A stretch of DNA of 32,000 bases, taken from NCBI GenBank assembly GCA_026387835.1, contig JAPLKZ010000012.1, positions 1 through 32,000 of the forward strand, written 5' to 3'. Shown here one piece after another: positions 30,382-32,000 of the stretch (its first letter is position 1; every line of letters begins with the position of its first letter). Made by a program: the position numbers and the translations under genes. The notes below the pieces were generated by a model. It saw only the letters and a program-made list of their open reading frames with translations. It did no database searches and was not told where the DNA came from. The stretch is from Candidatus Saganbacteria bacterium (GTDB lineage Bacteria > Margulisbacteria > WOR-1 > JAKLHX01).

Positions 30382-32000
30382 TCATCGGGGGGGTTCATTT
30401 TCTTTTGCAGAAGCTCCTATGTCTATCATCTCAACTCCCGGCATATATTCTCTCACGATCGGCTCGGTTATATGCGCCAGATTTATCAGAAGCTCTCTTA
30501 TTCTCCTGGCTTCCCTTTCTATCGTCTGCAGCCTTTCCTTGATAAAATCGAGCGGCATTTCCGATTGAGTGCCGAGTTTCAGCAGCAGTCCCTGGGTCTG
30601 AGCCAGCACGGAGGTCAGAGGGTTGTTTATCTCGTGCTGGAGGCTCACCGACAGTTTGGTCAGAGTAGAGAGCCTTTCGGCTTTCACAAGCTCCTCGCGC
30701 GTTTCTATCAGCTGTTTATTCATCTTCTCAAGCATGACCGTGTATTTTTCTCTTGCCTCCGCTTCCGCCAGTTTCATTGCCGCTTCTTTTTCCTTTTCAA
30801 GCAGCAGGCTGTTCTCCACGAATATCGCGCTCTGGTTGGCCAGCGTCATCAGAAAGTTCAGGTCCTCTTCATCGAACGGGTCCCCTGAAAGCTTTTCTCC
30901 CAGAGCGAGAAAAGCGACCATCTTGTCCTTTATCATGCTCGGCACGCATAAAGAGACTTTGAGCTTGTTGATGTCGCCGAGCACGTCCTCAAGTTTTTTC
31001 TTCTCGTAATATGTGATAAAGATATCGGTCAGCTGTTTTTCTATATCGCTCTTTAAAAGCACCCCCTTGTTTTCCTCGAGAGCCTCTATGAGCGGAAAAT
31101 TTGATGTCATCGTAAATCCGGAAAGTTCCTTGATCGAGCCGTCGACGCCTTTTATCTCGAACCTGTCCTTTTTATCGTTATACCAGAACAGGGCGGCCCC
31201 GGTAAGGTTCATCCTCCTGGTTATCAGACGCGCCGTTATCTTGAGCAGCCTTTCGGTGCCCGACAGCACGCTCATGGCAGCACTTGTTTCCTTCAGCGTT
31301 TTTTCGTAGTCAAGCTTGCTCTTAAAAAATATACTGTCTACCCATTCCTGGAACCTGTCGCGCAGGGGCTCGAATATCACGGCAAAAATGAAAAACACGA
31401 TCATGACTATCAGGACGGAATAATTCCCGCTTATTGTCTGGAATATAGCCGCGATCAGGTAAAGGCATCCGAAATAAACGGCCGTGACAATACCCGCCAG
31501 CATCGAATAGACGACGCTTTTGCTCAGAATAACGTTCAATCCCACAAAACGCTGCTTGCTGATCGCGTATGTGACAAGGCCCGTAAAAAAAAGCGTCGAC
31601 AGCGGCCCGATTATGTTAAAGATATACCATCCGTCCCTTATCCCGAGAGCAGGCGCAAAATTATAAAATCCCGCCGTTACGGCCAAAGGGATGAGTGTTC
31701 CCGCAAAAACATACTGGATCTGGCTCCTTGCCACTCCTTTGATAGAGAAGTATTTTTTAAGCAGCACGCCCAGTGCCAGCACTATGTATATTACAAAATA
31801 CAGGATAAAGACCGTGTTTATTTCCGTGAAATCGATACTCGCGATATCCCCCCGCATGAATGAAACGGACCTTATTATGTATTCCGAAGACAAAAGATAA
31901 ATAAAGACCAGGGCCGGCGAAAAGACCGCGGAGATGACCGGAAGTCCCGCTGACGCGTCATCCGGGAATATCAGAGCAAAATACAGCAAAAGCGAAGGGA
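30382..32000 (-). CDS. 7TM-GAF-HisKA sensor protein lacking an ATP-binding (HATPase_c) domain; N-terminus beyond the right edge
   Basis: Multi-TM N-terminus ('...TYAISKQRFVGLNVIL'), a GAF-like region, a coiled coil, and H-box 'SLQHEINNPLTSVL'. It stops ~85 aa later ('...YMPGVEMIDIGASAKENEPPR*'). The reading frame stays open upstream of the ORF-track TTG (31989) to the window edge. Confidence 0.8.
   Translation of the reverse strand, partial: PSLLLYFALIFPDDASAGLPVISAVFSPALVFIYLLSSEYIIRSVSFMRGDIASIDFTEINTVFILYFVIYIVLALGVLLKKYFSIKGVARSQIQYVFAGTLIPLAVTAGFYNFAPALGIRDGWYIFNIIGPLSTLFFTGLVTYAISKQRFVGLNVILSKSVVYSMLAGIVTAVYFGCLYLIAAIFQTISGNYSVLIVMIVFFIFAVIFEPLRDRFQEWVDSIFFKSKLDYEKTLKETSAAMSVLSGTERLLKITARLITRRMNLTGAALFWYNDKKDRFEIKGVDGSIKELSGFTMTSNFPLIEALEENKGVLLKSDIEKQLTDIFITYYEKKKLEDVLGDINKLKVSLCVPSMIKDKMVAFLALGEKLSGDPFDEEDLNFLMTLANQSAIFVENSLLLEKEKEAAMKLAEAEAREKYTVMLEKMNKQLIETREELVKAERLSTLTKLSVSLQHEINNPLTSVLAQTQGLLLKLGTQSEMPLDFIKERLQTIEREARRIRELLINLAHITEPIVREYMPGVEMIDIGASAKENEPPR

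Noticed and set aside
30387-30393. G7 homopolymer 3 nt before the stop of the DHp-only sensor gene, considered as a phase-variation switch that might fuse it to the downstream kinase
   Set aside because: Adding or removing one G gives a stop within a few codons in both alternative frames (TAA at the tcattaaataaa spacer), so no fusion is possible. It remains a site to check for assembly error.
1-32000. Search for CRISPR arrays, transposase/integrase genes, phage modules, toxin-antitoxin pairs or known defence-system genes
   Set aside because: I saw no regularly spaced direct repeats and no ORF with transposase, integrase, reverse-transcriptase, nuclease-helicase or other defence hallmarks. 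The window reads as core chromosome plus transport and signalling genes.

Overview
This is a tightly packed 32-kb chromosomal segment with about 36 genes, roughly 30 of them on the minus strand, and many 1-14 nt start/stop overlaps. The TolC-family protein and periplasmic adaptor genes imply a diderm bacterium, probably an uncultivated lineage (inference). Gene order, left to right: (i) hisS (partial), purM, proC, sepF and yggS. (ii) A plus-strand pair: an orphan 281-aa ORF and an exported TlpA-like redoxin with a degenerate SxxC motif. (iii) A nine-gene minus-strand efflux supercluster: TolC, HlyD, two ABC ATPases, two ABC-2 permeases, then a MacA-like adaptor, MacB-type ATPase and FtsX-type permease. 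The last gene carries a frame change. (iv) metH (short form), rimI, tsaB, tsaE, folK, folP, tilS, a small membrane protein and a tRNA with anticodon CAU. (v) A DUF1015 protein divergent from a REC-only response regulator. (vi) recO, MFS transporter, radical SAM protein and uppP. (vii) A second REC-only regulator convergent with an operon of two paralogous 7TM sensor kinases plus two small exported proteins. I found no CRISPR array, transposase, integrase, phage gene or recognisable defence system, and no unambiguous new multi-gene system. The leads most worth follow-up are: the kinase pair whose upstream member has an H-box but no ATP-binding domain; the +1 frame change in the MacB-type permease; an unassigned 87-aa domain on the C-terminus of TolC; the compositionally odd orphan ORF; the recO-MFS-rSAM-uppP unit; an in-frame repeat/hairpin-like insertion in the metH linker; a Lys/Ala-rich tail on FolK; a Shine-Dalgarno-sequestering inverted repeat; and a recurrent leaderless-like promoter layout. 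All family calls rest on motifs read by eye from the translations. No database search was run.
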